Source of the DNA: Candidatus Omnitrophota bacterium
Lineage (GTDB): Bacteria; Omnitrophota; Gorgyraeia; Gygaellales; Profunditerraquicolaceae
Direction: 5' to 3'
Length of the DNA: 64,000 bases
Assembly (NCBI GenBank): GCA_026387335.1
Contig: JAPLLX010000001.1
Span: forward strand, 170,620 to 234,619
A program made the position numbers and the translations under genes. This document shows positions 38,582 to 49,272 of this stretch, piece by piece (position 1 is the first letter of the stretch; every line of letters starts with the position of its first letter). The notes below the pieces were generated by a model, which saw only the letters and a program-made list of their open reading frames with translations, searched no databases and was not told the DNA's origin.

Positions 38582-39114
38582 AAGTTGTGTTTTTAGATAG
38601 AGATGGGGTAATTAATAAGTATCCGGGTGATAAGCTGTACGTCACTTCGTTAAAAAAGTTTTGTTTTTTGCCCGGCGCAAAGAAAGCAATTGCCAAATTA
38701 ACAAAAGCCGGTTTTAAAATATTTATTGCTTCTAATCAGGCAGGTATTGGAAGAGGAATATACGCTAAGCGCACGCTGGCTGCGATTACCGCTAAGATGC
38801 TCTCAGGGATTGAGAAGGCCGGTGGCAAAATTACTAAAGTTTATTATTGCATACATCGTAAGGACGAAGGTTGCCTGTGTCGCAAACCTAAGCCAGGATT
38901 GCTTAAAAAGGCCTCCAAAGAATTCAAATTCAGCCTTAAAAATTCCTATTTTATAGGCGATACTATCCGCGATGTGCTTACTGCGCATGCAGCAGGTTGT
39001 AAATCCATTCTGGTGTTAAACGGTAAGGAAAAACTGGTAAATCAAAAGAACTGGGAAGCAAAGCCGGATTTTGTGTTTAAAGACCTCTTGGAAGTAGCGA
39101 AATTTTTAATTTAA
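38578..39114 (+). CDS. gmhB: D-glycero-D-manno-heptose 1,7-bisphosphate 7-phosphatase
   Basis: HAD-IIIA motifs FLDRDGVIN, ASNQAGIGRG, the Zn-binding CLCRKPKPG loop, and GDTIRD. Confidence 0.8.
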   Translation: MKVVFLDRDGVINKYPGDKLYVTSLKKFCFLPGAKKAIAKLTKAGFKIFIASNQAGIGRGIYAKRTLAAITAKMLSGIEKAGGKITKVYYCIHRKDEGCLCRKPKPGLLKKASKEFKFSLKNSYFIGDTIRDVLTAHAAGCKSILVLNGKEKLVNQKNWEAKPDFVFKDLLEVAKFLI

Positions 39115-39156
39115 AACGAGATTGCTTCGGGCACTTTGCGCCCTCGCAATGACGAG

Positions 39157-40248
39157 ATGAAGGTATTGATTACTTATGCTTCTGCCGGAGCTGGCCATCG
39201 CAGGGTAGCCGAAGCAGTATATAATTATTTTAAGGAAAACCGGCCGGAAGTTGAATTAAAGATAGTTGATATACTGGCGCAAACCAATGCCTTATTCAGG
39301 TTTGATTATACCAAAGGTTATACATTTCTTATAAGGCATGCGGTTGCATTGTGGCACTTCGCATTTTGGCTGACTGAGTTTAAGGTTTTTAGGCCTTTAA
39401 CGCGTTTAATCGCCTCCACGATCAACTCCATCAATACGCGCGGTTTTGTTTCATATTTAGTCAGCGAAAACCCGGATTATATAATCTCCACGCATTTCCT
39501 GCCTTCAGAAATCGCCGGCCGCCTAAAATTAAAAAATAAGATAAGCTCAAAGTTAGTTACCATAATTACGGATTTTGGAGTGCATCCATTCTGGATAGCT
39601 AAAGGCACTGATTTTTACGTCGTGGCATCGGATTTTACTAAAGATAGGCTTTTAGCCGAAGGCGTGCCGGAAGATAAGGTAAAGGTATTTGGCTTGCCTT
39701 CCGACGCTAAATTCTTAAAACAGTTTGACAGGCTGGCTTTGGGCAATAAGCTGGGAATTCAGGTGGATAAATTCACGGTTTTACTTATGACGGGATCTTT
39801 TGGCACTGGCCCGCTTGAGGATATTGCCGAATTATTAGCTCCCGAGGCGCAGGTTATCCTTGTGTGCGCGGGTAATAAAAAGTTATACGCAAGATTAACC
39901 GCCAGAAACCTAGCCAATGTAAAGGTTTTTGGATTTGTAAATAACGCCGAAGAGCTTATGGCGGTTTCCGATGTTATTGTAACTAAGCCCGGCGGCTCCA
40001 CTATCGCTGAGATACTTAATATGGAGCTGGCCCCGATATTTATATCTATGATCCCCGGCCAGGAAGAAGCAAACGTCCGGGCCTTAAAACAATTCGGGAT
40101 AGGCGCTAGCCCTAAAGGTATCCCTGAGGTAAAGGATTTAATCCTAGATTTAAAAAACCACCCTGAAAAACTTAAGGAAATAAAAGAAAGAATCCAAAAA
40201 ATAAAGAAGCCTTTCAGCTGCCAGGAGTTATCCGGTGTTATACGCTAA
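39157..40248 (+). CDS. GT28-family glycosyltransferase (MGDG synthase/UgtP/MurG-like)
   Basis: N-terminal VLITYASAGAGHRRVAEAV and a C-terminal GT-B domain. Confidence 0.65.
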   Translation: MKVLITYASAGAGHRRVAEAVYNYFKENRPEVELKIVDILAQTNALFRFDYTKGYTFLIRHAVALWHFAFWLTEFKVFRPLTRLIASTINSINTRGFVSYLVSENPDYIISTHFLPSEIAGRLKLKNKISSKLVTIITDFGVHPFWIAKGTDFYVVASDFTKDRLLAEGVPEDKVKVFGLPSDAKFLKQFDRLALGNKLGIQVDKFTVLLMTGSFGTGPLEDIAELLAPEAQVILVCAGNKKLYARLTARNLANVKVFGFVNNAEELMAVSDVIVTKPGGSTIAEILNMELAPIFISMIPGQEEANVRALKQFGIGASPKGIPEVKDLILDLKNHPEKLKEIKERIQKIKKPFSCQELSGVIR

Positions 40249-42076
40249 AATAGTGGTGGGGCTAGCAGTCAGCGGCCCGTTTGATTATATTGTCCCTGAG
40301 GCAATAAAAGAAAAAATTAAAGTAGGCGTAAGGGTCTGGGTTAGCTTCGGAACCCGGCGCATAGTTGGTTATGTGGTGGGGTTAGCCAAAAAGAGCGGGG
40401 TTAAGAATTTAAAACCGGTATTAGAGCTGATTGATGAGCAGCCATTGTTAACTGAGAAGTTACTTTTACTGACTAAGTGGATAGCGGATTACTATTGTTG
40501 CTCTTGGGGCGAGGCAATTGAAACAGCGATACCTGAGGATTTAAGAAAGGGAAAGAAAACAGGGGACGCTTCGGGGGTTTTAAAAGTAGAAACTACCGAA
40601 GCGTCCCCTTATCTTTTAATTCATGATTTGGATGGCCAGGCGCGCTGGGATGTGTATATAGCTGAGATAAAAAAGGCCTTAGATAGTAAGTTATCAGCGA
40701 TACTCTTGTTACCGGATGTGCCTTATGTATTTAAGGCTCGCGATACAATTGAGAAGCGTTTGGGAATAAATGCCCGGATCTTATACCGTAAGCAGCCAAA
40801 AGAATTAGAAGAGTGGGTCAAACTTAAGGACAATGAACCCAAGGTCGTTGTGGGCACGCGCTCAGCAGTTTTTGCGCCGTTAAGTAATTTAGGCCTGATG
40901 ATTATAGACGATGAAGAGGATTCGGTCTATAAACAGGAACAGGCGCCGCATTATCACGCCCGGGAAGCAGGATTAACCCGCTCTAAATTAGAGGGTTTTA
41001 AGCTGATTTTAGGGAGCAGTGCGCCTTCGTTAGAAAGTTTTTATTTAAGCAAGAAACAAAAAGCTAAATATACGCTTATTCCCAGGAGAAAAGAGTTTCC
41101 CGAAGTTAAAATTATTGATACGCGGCGTTTACCTTTTCAAGCGGGAAAGAAAAAAGCTATTTTGTCCCGCTTGCTGGAAGATTCTATCTATTCTGTTTTA
41201 AATGAAAAAGGTAAGACACTTTTATTTCTTAACCGCCGGGGTTTTGCTACAAGCGCAACCTGTCATAATTGCGGAAAAGTCCTTAAATGCCCGCGCTGTA
41301 GTATAAATTTAGTTTATCATTTTAAAGAAGATTTGTTAGGTTGCCACTATTGTAATTTTAAGATGCAACCTCCAAAGATATGTCCGGAATGTAATTCCGG
41401 TTATATTAAATTTTCCGGAGCAGGGACAGAGAAGATAGAGAGCGAGCTCGCCCGTATATTTCCGCAGGCCAGGATCAATATATTGGATGAGAATAATTTA
41501 AATCCGCAGAATTCCGATATAGCAATAGCCACGAGCAGTGTTATCAGACAGGCTGGGTTAGAGTTTGACCTTATAGGCGTTTTAGGGATAGATAACGCCT
41601 TAAACCGCGTGGACTTTCGTTCTACGGAGAAAGTCTCCGGTTTATTATCCGGGCTAATCAGCCTGACGCGCAAGAAATTTCTGATTCAGACCGGCTTGCC
41701 TGCGCACCATTGTTTTCAAGCGCTGCTAAAAAAAGACGCCAATTTCTTCTATGAAGAAGAGCTAAAGCAAAGAAGGCAGCTGGGATTTCCGCCATATAAA
41801 CATATGGTTTTAGTAAAATTGCGGGCTAAAATTGAGGATAAGGTCAAAGATGCCGCAGAGTCATTATGCGCTAACTTAAGAGAAATAAACAAAAGTAAAG
41901 ATATTGAAATAGTTGCGGTTAATCCGTCTAACCCGGCTAAGCTAAGAGGGAATTATCATTGGCAGGTGTTGCTACGCTGTAGCAAGGTAATTGCGGCCAG
42001 CGCGTTCTTAAGAAATAGTTTAAAAAATTTCCGGCATTCGGGTATAATAGTAACCGTAGATGTTGATCCATTATAA
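40235..42076 (+). CDS. priA: primosomal protein N' (replication restart helicase PriA)
   Basis: Helicase motifs and a Cys4 zinc-finger cluster (CHNCGKVLKCPRC ... CHYCNF ... CPEC). Confidence 0.85.
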   Translation: MLYAKIVVGLAVSGPFDYIVPEAIKEKIKVGVRVWVSFGTRRIVGYVVGLAKKSGVKNLKPVLELIDEQPLLTEKLLLLTKWIADYYCCSWGEAIETAIPEDLRKGKKTGDASGVLKVETTEASPYLLIHDLDGQARWDVYIAEIKKALDSKLSAILLLPDVPYVFKARDTIEKRLGINARILYRKQPKELEEWVKLKDNEPKVVVGTRSAVFAPLSNLGLMIIDDEEDSVYKQEQAPHYHAREAGLTRSKLEGFKLILGSSAPSLESFYLSKKQKAKYTLIPRRKEFPEVKIIDTRRLPFQAGKKKAILSRLLEDSIYSVLNEKGKTLLFLNRRGFATSATCHNCGKVLKCPRCSINLVYHFKEDLLGCHYCNFKMQPPKICPECNSGYIKFSGAGTEKIESELARIFPQARINILDENNLNPQNSDIAIATSSVIRQAGLEFDLIGVLGIDNALNRVDFRSTEKVSGLLSGLISLTRKKFLIQTGLPAHHCFQALLKKDANFFYEEELKQRRQLGFPPYKHMVLVKLRAKIEDKVKDAAESLCANLREINKSKDIEIVAVNPSNPAKLRGNYHWQVLLRCSKVIAASAFLRNSLKNFRHSGIIVTVDVDPL

Positions 42077-42135
42077 TGACCAATGACCAAATCCCAATGC
42101 CGAATGAAATTCCAATGATTCAATATCCAATATGA
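42076..42135 (+). CDS. 19-codon mini-ORF (MTNDQIPMPNEIPMIQYPI) exactly bridging the priA stop and the fmt start
   Basis: The ATG overlaps the priA TAA (TAATG). Its TGA overlaps the fmt ATG (ATGA). It contains repeated CCAATG. Confidence 0.35.
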   Translation: MTNDQIPMPNEIPMIQYPI

Positions 42136-43082
42136 AAATAATATTTTTTGGCAGCGCACATTTTGCGGTTCCGGCATTAGAGGCTTTGATAAAAAGCCCT
42201 TATGAAGTTTGTTGCGTGGTGACCCAGCCTGATAAAAAGAAGGGCAGGGATATGCATTTGGCTGCGACCGATATAAAGGCTGCGGCGAAACTGGCGGGAT
42301 TAAAAGTTTTCCAGCCGGAAAGTGTAAATTCTCCTGAAGCGCTGAATTACCTGAAGAGTTTCTCTGCCGATTTATTGGTTATTGTCGCTTACGGCCAGAT
42401 TTTATCCCAAGAAGTATTAGATATACCTAAGGTTATACCCATCAATATACATGCTTCACTTTTGCCGAAATACCGGGGAGCCGCTCCTATAAATTGGGCT
42501 ATAATTAATGGCGAGAGCTCTACAGGCGTAACTATTATTAAGGTAATCCGTAAGATGGATACCGGGCCCATAATCGCGCAAAAAGAAGTTTCTATAAACA
42601 AAGACGATGACGCAATAACCCTAGAGGAAAAACTACGCTCGCTGGGCGCGGAGTTATTAATGGCTGCGCTTAAGGATATAATGAATAAAACATTTAAATT
42701 AATTGAGCAGGATGAAGCCCAAGCGGTAATGGCGCCTAAATTAAAAAAGGTTAACGGTTATATTGATTGGGCCAGGCCCGCTAGTGAAATCAATAATCTA
42801 GTAAGAGGATGTCTACTCTGGCCAGGCGCTTTTACATATTATAAAGGGAAGCTGCTTAAGATTTTTAAGGCTGAATTCGGGCCAGATTTAAGCTGCAAAA
42901 ATAAAATTCAGCCTGGAGAAGTCGCGCAAATCACAGAGCCTAAAAACGAGATAGTTGTAGCAACCGCTAGAGGCTTTCTGATGATTGAAGAGCTGCAATT
43001 AGAGGCTGGTAAGAGAATGAGCGCTAAGGAATTTGTCCACGGCCATAAAATTAAGGCCGGCGACCTCTTTGGGAAAAAGTAG
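42132..43082 (+). CDS. fmt: methionyl-tRNA formyltransferase
   Basis: IIFFGSAHFAVPALEAL ... HASLLPKYRGAAPINWAIING. Confidence 0.9.
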   Translation: MKIIFFGSAHFAVPALEALIKSPYEVCCVVTQPDKKKGRDMHLAATDIKAAAKLAGLKVFQPESVNSPEALNYLKSFSADLLVIVAYGQILSQEVLDIPKVIPINIHASLLPKYRGAAPINWAIINGESSTGVTIIKVIRKMDTGPIIAQKEVSINKDDDAITLEEKLRSLGAELLMAALKDIMNKTFKLIEQDEAQAVMAPKLKKVNGYIDWARPASEINNLVRGCLLWPGAFTYYKGKLLKIFKAEFGPDLSCKNKIQPGEVAQITEPKNEIVVATARGFLMIEELQLEAGKRMSAKEFVHGHKIKAGDLFGKK

Positions 43083-43110
43083 TTGCATAATGGTCTTGTT
43101 ATGTTATAAT
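43083..43110 (+). promoter_or_regulatory. sigma-70 promoter TTGCAT-16-TATAAT ending 8 nt before the ATG (leaderless-mRNA candidate)
   Basis: TTGCAT at 43083-43088 and TATAAT at 43105-43110. ATG at 43119, with no SD. Confidence 0.5.
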
Positions 43111-43118
43111 TTCAGCTT

Positions 43119-44144
43119 ATGCCAGAACTAAGAAAAGATCCGATTATCGGCAGGTGGGTAATTATTGCTACTGAGCGCGCTAAAAGGCCCGATCAATTCA
43201 GCAGTAAGCAGGAAGAATTGCCTCCTGATAAGTCTTGCCCTTTTTGCGAAGGTTCAGAATCCCAGACTCCCCCGGAAATTTATTCCATAAGGCCAACGAA
43301 TACTGCGCCCAATACACCCGGCTGGGAATTAAGGGTCGTGCCCAGCATCGCCCCGTTTTTAAGGATAGAGGGCGAGCTTGACCGAAGAGGTAAGGGCCTT
43401 TATGACATGATGAACGGTATCGGCGCGCACGAGATCATCGTGGAGACGAACCAGCATATCGCTAATATGAGCGATTTAAGCGCTGAGCAGATAGCTAAGG
43501 TTTTAAAGTGCTATTCCGATAGAATCACGGATTTAGAGAAAGACAAACGTTTTAAATATGCTCTGGTGTTTAAGAATTACGGGAAAAGCGCCGGGGGCAG
43601 TTCTTTAAAGCATTCCCGCTCCCAACTTATTGCTACACCCGTAAACCCCAAGCGCGTAAAGGAAGAACTTGCCGGTTCCAAACAATATTTTGATTATCAT
43701 GAAAGATGTATATTCTGCGATTTAATCCGGCAGGAGATTGAACAGAAAGACCGCATAGTCCTGGATTTGGATGGTTTTATCGCTATTACGCCGTTTGCGG
43801 CGAGGTTTCCTTTTGAAATCTGGATACTCCCTAAAAAACACTGTTGTGATTTTACTTGTCTGGATGCAGAATCCATAAAAAATTTAGGCAAGGTTATGAA
43901 AATAGTCCTTTCTAAACTTAAGAAAGGATTAAATGACCCGCCGTATAATTATGTTATTCATACCGCGCCTTTTCGCAGGCAGAAGGCCGGCTACTGGAAG
44001 ACGGTAGATCAGGATTATCACTGGCACATTGAGATTATGCCCCGTCTGACGCGCGTTGCCGGTTTTGAATGGGGAACGGGATTTTATATCTGTCCGCTTC
44101 CACCGGAAGACGCCGCTACTTTTTTAAGAGGAGTAGAAGTATAA
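43119..44144 (+). CDS. GalT-family (HIT superfamily) nucleotidyltransferase-like protein, catalytic His replaced (KHSRSQ)
   Basis: CPFCEG zinc motif is conserved. The HxHxQ motif is degenerate: the nucleophile His is replaced by Arg. Confidence 0.7.
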   Translation: MPELRKDPIIGRWVIIATERAKRPDQFSSKQEELPPDKSCPFCEGSESQTPPEIYSIRPTNTAPNTPGWELRVVPSIAPFLRIEGELDRRGKGLYDMMNGIGAHEIIVETNQHIANMSDLSAEQIAKVLKCYSDRITDLEKDKRFKYALVFKNYGKSAGGSSLKHSRSQLIATPVNPKRVKEELAGSKQYFDYHERCIFCDLIRQEIEQKDRIVLDLDGFIAITPFAARFPFEIWILPKKHCCDFTCLDAESIKNLGKVMKIVLSKLKKGLNDPPYNYVIHTAPFRRQKAGYWKTVDQDYHWHIEIMPRLTRVAGFEWGTGFYICPLPPEDAATFLRGVEV

Positions 44145-44145
44145 A

Positions 44146-45147
44146 ATGGGTGAATTAAGGAGAGATCCGGTTGTGGGCAGGTGGGTGATCGTAGATACTG
44201 ATCATCCCAGCGCGCCGAGCGACTTTCAATATGAACAGTATATTCAAAAAGGAGGAGTTTGTCCTTTTTGCTACGGTAACGAAGCGATGACTCCGCCGGA
44301 AATTGACGCGATCCGCGAGCCGGGGACGCAAGCCAATACTTCAGGGTGGCAGGTGCGGGTTGTCCCGAATAAATTCCCGGCGCTACAGGTGGAAGGGGAA
44401 TTAAATAGAAGGCCGCAGGGGATATATGATATGTCCAGCGGAATAGGCGCGCATGAAGTACTGGTAGAGACGCCGTATCATGCCAAGGATATCTGTGATT
44501 TATTGCCGCAGGAGGTTGAAAATTATTTAAAGATGTGCTGCCGCCGGGCGATAGATCTAGCTAAAGATAAACGCTTTAAGTATCTTATGTTTTTTAGGAA
44601 TTTCGGTTCAGCTGCAGGGGCATCGTTAGAGCATCCGCATACCCAGATTGTCGCGCTTCCGATGGTGCCTAAGAACGCGTTAGAGGAAATACACGGGGCC
44701 AAGAATTATTTTGAGTACCGCGAAAGATGCATATTTTGCGATATTATCCGGCAGGAAACTCAGGAAAAAGAACGCATAATCCTGGAGAATAAATATTTTA
44801 TATCATTTTGTCCGTTTGTTTCGCGTTTTCCGTTTGAAATCTGGATAATGCCGAAAAAGCACAGCGGGCATTTTTGCTATATGACCCAGGAAGAAATCCA
44901 GGCCTTGGCTGAAGTTTTGAAAGAAACAATAGCTAAAATAAAAAAAGTATTTATTAATTTGTCTTACAATTATATTATTCATTCTGCACCAATCAATGGC
45001 GATGGGGAAATGGAGTATTACCATTGGCATATTGAATTCATGCCTAAGCTTACGCAGGTTGCCGGTTTTGAATGGGGGACGGGATTTTATATTGACCCCA
45101 CCTCTCCGGAATTAGCCGCCAAGCACTTAAAGGCGATAAAAGAATAA
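44146..45147 (+). CDS. galT: galactose-1-phosphate uridylyltransferase-family enzyme (intact HPHTQ)
   Basis: CPFCYGNE, GAHEVLVE and EHPHTQIVA motifs are all present. Confidence 0.7.
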   Translation: MGELRRDPVVGRWVIVDTDHPSAPSDFQYEQYIQKGGVCPFCYGNEAMTPPEIDAIREPGTQANTSGWQVRVVPNKFPALQVEGELNRRPQGIYDMSSGIGAHEVLVETPYHAKDICDLLPQEVENYLKMCCRRAIDLAKDKRFKYLMFFRNFGSAAGASLEHPHTQIVALPMVPKNALEEIHGAKNYFEYRERCIFCDIIRQETQEKERIILENKYFISFCPFVSRFPFEIWIMPKKHSGHFCYMTQEEIQALAEVLKETIAKIKKVFINLSYNYIIHSAPINGDGEMEYYHWHIEFMPKLTQVAGFEWGTGFYIDPTSPELAAKHLKAIKE

Positions 45148-45179
45148 AACCAATATATTAATCAAAAGGAGGAAACAAA

Positions 45180-46232
<1,053 letters not shown>

Positions 46233-46233
46233 T

Positions 46234-46299
46234 AAATAGGGACAGCGACCGTTTTTTCTAATACTATATACACGAAAAAAACGGTCGCTGTCCCTATTT
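46234..46299. repeat. hairpin repeat element copy A: 24-bp perfect terminal inverted repeats AAATAGGGACAGCGACCGTTTTTT / AAAAAACGGTCGCTGTCCCTATTT with a 17-nt loop
   Basis: Read directly. It lies downstream of gap and upstream of the 746-aa gene. A T-rich tract on both sides suggests a bidirectional terminator. Confidence 0.8.
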
Positions 46300-46305
46300 A
46301 TTTCT

Positions 46306-48546
46306 ATGGCGCTTCTATCTACTATTTTTATTATCGGTTTAAGCGGCTTAATCGCTCAGATTATTATCCTGCGCGAGCTTCTGGTCAATTTTTCCGGTAA
46401 TGAGTTAACCGTAGGCATTATTCTGGCTAACTGGGTTATTCTGGAAGCCGCCGGTGTTTTTTTCCTCGGAAAAGCTATAGAGAGGATTAAGAATAAATTA
46501 AGCGTTTTTATAGCTTTAAATATACTCTTCGCGTTGATCCTGCCGTTTACTATTTACTTTGCGCGCACGTTTAAGGCGTTTACAGGCCTACCTTTTATAG
46601 AAGCGGTTTCTTTACCCGTTATATTCTTCTCTTCGTTGGCGATAATCTTTCCAGCGGCATTTTTACATGGCGCGCTCTTTAGCTGCGCTTGTAAGGAACA
46701 TTCCTTAATAACCAACAACTCTGAACGCTCAATAAGGATGGTTTATGCCTGGGAGGCCCTTGGGACAATATTCGGCGGGATAATTCTGGTATTTTTACTC
46801 ATACCGCGCCTGACTTCATTTCAAATAGTGCTTATTATTTCCTTCCTAAATATTATTTTGTCCATTTTTCTTACCCGGGCTAAGAAAAGATATTTTTATC
46901 TGTGCGTTATTACGTTTTTATGCGTTTTATTTTCCGCTAAAGCCGCGGGTTATTTGCAAAGAGCCTCAATTGATAAACAATGGCAGGGCCAGTTTATCCT
47001 GGATTATCGGAATTCTAATTACGCTAATATTACCGTAACCAAAAAACTTAACCAGTACACCTTTTTCTATAACGGAGTGCCGGCGATTACTACTCCTTTC
47101 CCGGATAAGCAATTTGTCAGCGACTTCGCCAACTTACCGTTATTATTTCATGACTCGCCGCAGGATATCCTGATTGTAGGTTCCGGTATCGGAGGCTTAA
47201 TCGCAGAGTCCCTGAAACACCCCCTCAAAAGCCTGGATTATGTTGAAATTGACCCCTTGATTATCAAGTTACTTAAAGAATACCCTACGTCTTTAAGCGA
47301 AGCTGAGCTCGCTGACAGCAGAGTAAATATTATTAATACCGACCCCCGGCTGTTCTTAATGACCAGCAAAAAATCTTACGATGTGATTTTGATAGGGCTA
47401 TCGGCTCAAGCGGATTTATCCAGTAACCGGTTTTTTACGGAAGAGTTTTTTAAGAGGGCTAAGATGAGACTAAATCCCAAAGGTATAATCGCTTTGTGGA
47501 TGCCAGGTTCATTGACCTACCTGAGCAGTGAGTTAAAAGATCTGAATAACTGCGTATGGAATAGTTTAAGGCTTTCTTTTAAATATACGCGCGTCATTCC
47601 TGGAGATTACAACATATTTATCGCTTCTGAGGCAGACGGGATAATGCTGGTTAATCCTACTTTATTATCCGAGAGGCTAATGAAGCGCGGTGTCGCGCAG
47701 GGGATACTCATTCCGGATTATCTTCAAGAGCGCTTAAGCCAGAGGTGGCTGGATTGGTTTAATCAGGAACTTAGGTTAGCCACAAAGGAGAGTAATCAGG
47801 ACCTGCGGCCCGCGGCAGTATATGCAACCTTAAAGATTATAAATAAGAAGTTCTCTCCCGGATTTAGCCGGGTATTTAGTTATCTTGGCTATGTTAATTT
47901 AAAATTATTATTCCTTATAATTTTTCTGATGAGCTTAGGGGTAATGGTTGTCTCTAAAATTAAACGTGATCCAAAAATCCCGGTTGCCTACGCGATTTTT
48001 ACAACCGGATTTTTCGGAATGCTGGCTAACCTGCTTTTATTATTTGCTTACCAGGTTTCTTACGGGTGCTTGTATCAGATGATAAGTATATTAACCGCGG
48101 TATTTATCTTTGGAGCCGCAATAGGGGTTATTTTACTTTCTCCGGCGTTTAGCCGGCTAAAGAAACCGGGATCAATTTTAATTATAATGGAAGCCTTAAT
48201 AATTAGTTTTATATTTATACTGGGGTCAGTTATTACCAGAGGCAACGTTATTTTAAACAATTCAGCTGCAATTTTCTATTGCCTATTGTTTATTGCGGGC
48301 TTACTTATGGGCCTGGAATTTCCTTTAGCCGCCAAGATATACCTAAAAGATAATAGGGATAACGCAGGCGCTGTTTCAGGGTTGCTTTATGCCAGCGATC
48401 TTATTGGCGGGTGGTTAGCCGGAATATTCGGGGGAGTCGTATTTTTGCCCGTGTTAGGCTTTTTTAATACCTGCCTGCTTATGGTTATGTTGAAGCTGAG
48501 CAGCCTTCTTGTGTTAATAAATAGGGACAGCGACCGTTTTTTCTAA
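46306..48546 (+). CDS. membrane protein fused to a spermidine-synthase-like (aminopropyl/methyltransferase-fold) domain
   Basis: N-terminal and C-terminal TM bundles flank a SpeE-like domain (ILIVGSGIGGL ... VEIDPLIIKL). Confidence 0.65.
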   Translation: MALLSTIFIIGLSGLIAQIIILRELLVNFSGNELTVGIILANWVILEAAGVFFLGKAIERIKNKLSVFIALNILFALILPFTIYFARTFKAFTGLPFIEAVSLPVIFFSSLAIIFPAAFLHGALFSCACKEHSLITNNSERSIRMVYAWEALGTIFGGIILVFLLIPRLTSFQIVLIISFLNIILSIFLTRAKKRYFYLCVITFLCVLFSAKAAGYLQRASIDKQWQGQFILDYRNSNYANITVTKKLNQYTFFYNGVPAITTPFPDKQFVSDFANLPLLFHDSPQDILIVGSGIGGLIAESLKHPLKSLDYVEIDPLIIKLLKEYPTSLSEAELADSRVNIINTDPRLFLMTSKKSYDVILIGLSAQADLSSNRFFTEEFFKRAKMRLNPKGIIALWMPGSLTYLSSELKDLNNCVWNSLRLSFKYTRVIPGDYNIFIASEADGIMLVNPTLLSERLMKRGVAQGILIPDYLQERLSQRWLDWFNQELRLATKESNQDLRPAAVYATLKIINKKFSPGFSRVFSYLGYVNLKLLFLIIFLMSLGVMVVSKIKRDPKIPVAYAIFTTGFFGMLANLLLLFAYQVSYGCLYQMISILTAVFIFGAAIGVILLSPAFSRLKKPGSILIIMEALIISFIFILGSVITRGNVILNNSAAIFYCLLFIAGLLMGLEFPLAAKIYLKDNRDNAGAVSGLLYASDLIGGWLAGIFGGVVFLPVLGFFNTCLLMVMLKLSSLLVLINRDSDRFF

Positions 48547-48583
48547 TACTATATACGCGGAAAAATGGTCGCTGTCCCTATTT
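48519..48583. repeat. hairpin repeat element copy B (about 95% identical to copy A, loop included)
   Basis: The left arm is identical. The right arm has 2 mismatches. The element encodes the last 9 codons and stop of the 746-aa gene. Confidence 0.8.
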
Positions 48584-48624
48584 AATCTATTGTTTTTGGG
48601 TATTGCGGTGGTATAATAAATTTT

Positions 48625-49233
48625 GTGACTGATTTAGATTTCGTCCAGAAATGCGTCAAAGGGGACAGCCAATCCTGGGATGAATTCTTAAAACGTTATT
48701 CCCGCCTGATATATAAGTATATCCACAGCGTATTAAACTCTAAGAACATTCTTGCCTCTAACCCTGACCATATAGACGATATATTTCAGGGTTTTTTCTC
48801 TTCTTTGATCCAAGACGACTATAAAAAACTAAAAAGCTTTAGAGGTATAAATGGCTGTAGCCTGGCCAGCTGGTTAAGGCTGCTTACTATAAATTTCACC
48901 CTGGATTATCTGCGTAGGGTTAAACCGGCATTTTCTCTGGAAGCTGAGAATGACGAAGGTTTTAGCCTTAAGGATACACTAGCTGATGGTTCAATTTCCG
49001 TGCCTGAGCTGCTTGCCCAGGAAGAAATGTTAAAGAGCCTGGAGGATTGCCTGGACGGTTTAAGCCTGCAAAGCAGGTTTCTTATAGAGTTAAATATTAA
49101 TCAAGGCGTAAAGCTGGAGGCCTTAAAAGATTTATTTAAACTTTCCCGCGGGGCCATAGATATGCAGAAGAAGAGGATTATTGATAAACTAAGAGAGTGT
49201 TTTAGGAGTAAAGGTTTTAAGTTAGATTTTTAA
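48625..49233 (+). CDS. ECF-type RNA polymerase sigma factor (sigma-70 family)
   Basis: Region 2 and region 4 architecture, 202 aa. GTG start lies 8 nt downstream of TGGTATAAT (extended -10 at 48609-48617). Confidence 0.7.
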   Translation: MTDLDFVQKCVKGDSQSWDEFLKRYSRLIYKYIHSVLNSKNILASNPDHIDDIFQGFFSSLIQDDYKKLKSFRGINGCSLASWLRLLTINFTLDYLRRVKPAFSLEAENDEGFSLKDTLADGSISVPELLAQEEMLKSLEDCLDGLSLQSRFLIELNINQGVKLEALKDLFKLSRGAIDMQKKRIIDKLRECFRSKGFKLDF

Positions 49234-49272
49234 GGCGCTTGCGTCTATTATACTAAGGAGGGGACTATCAAT

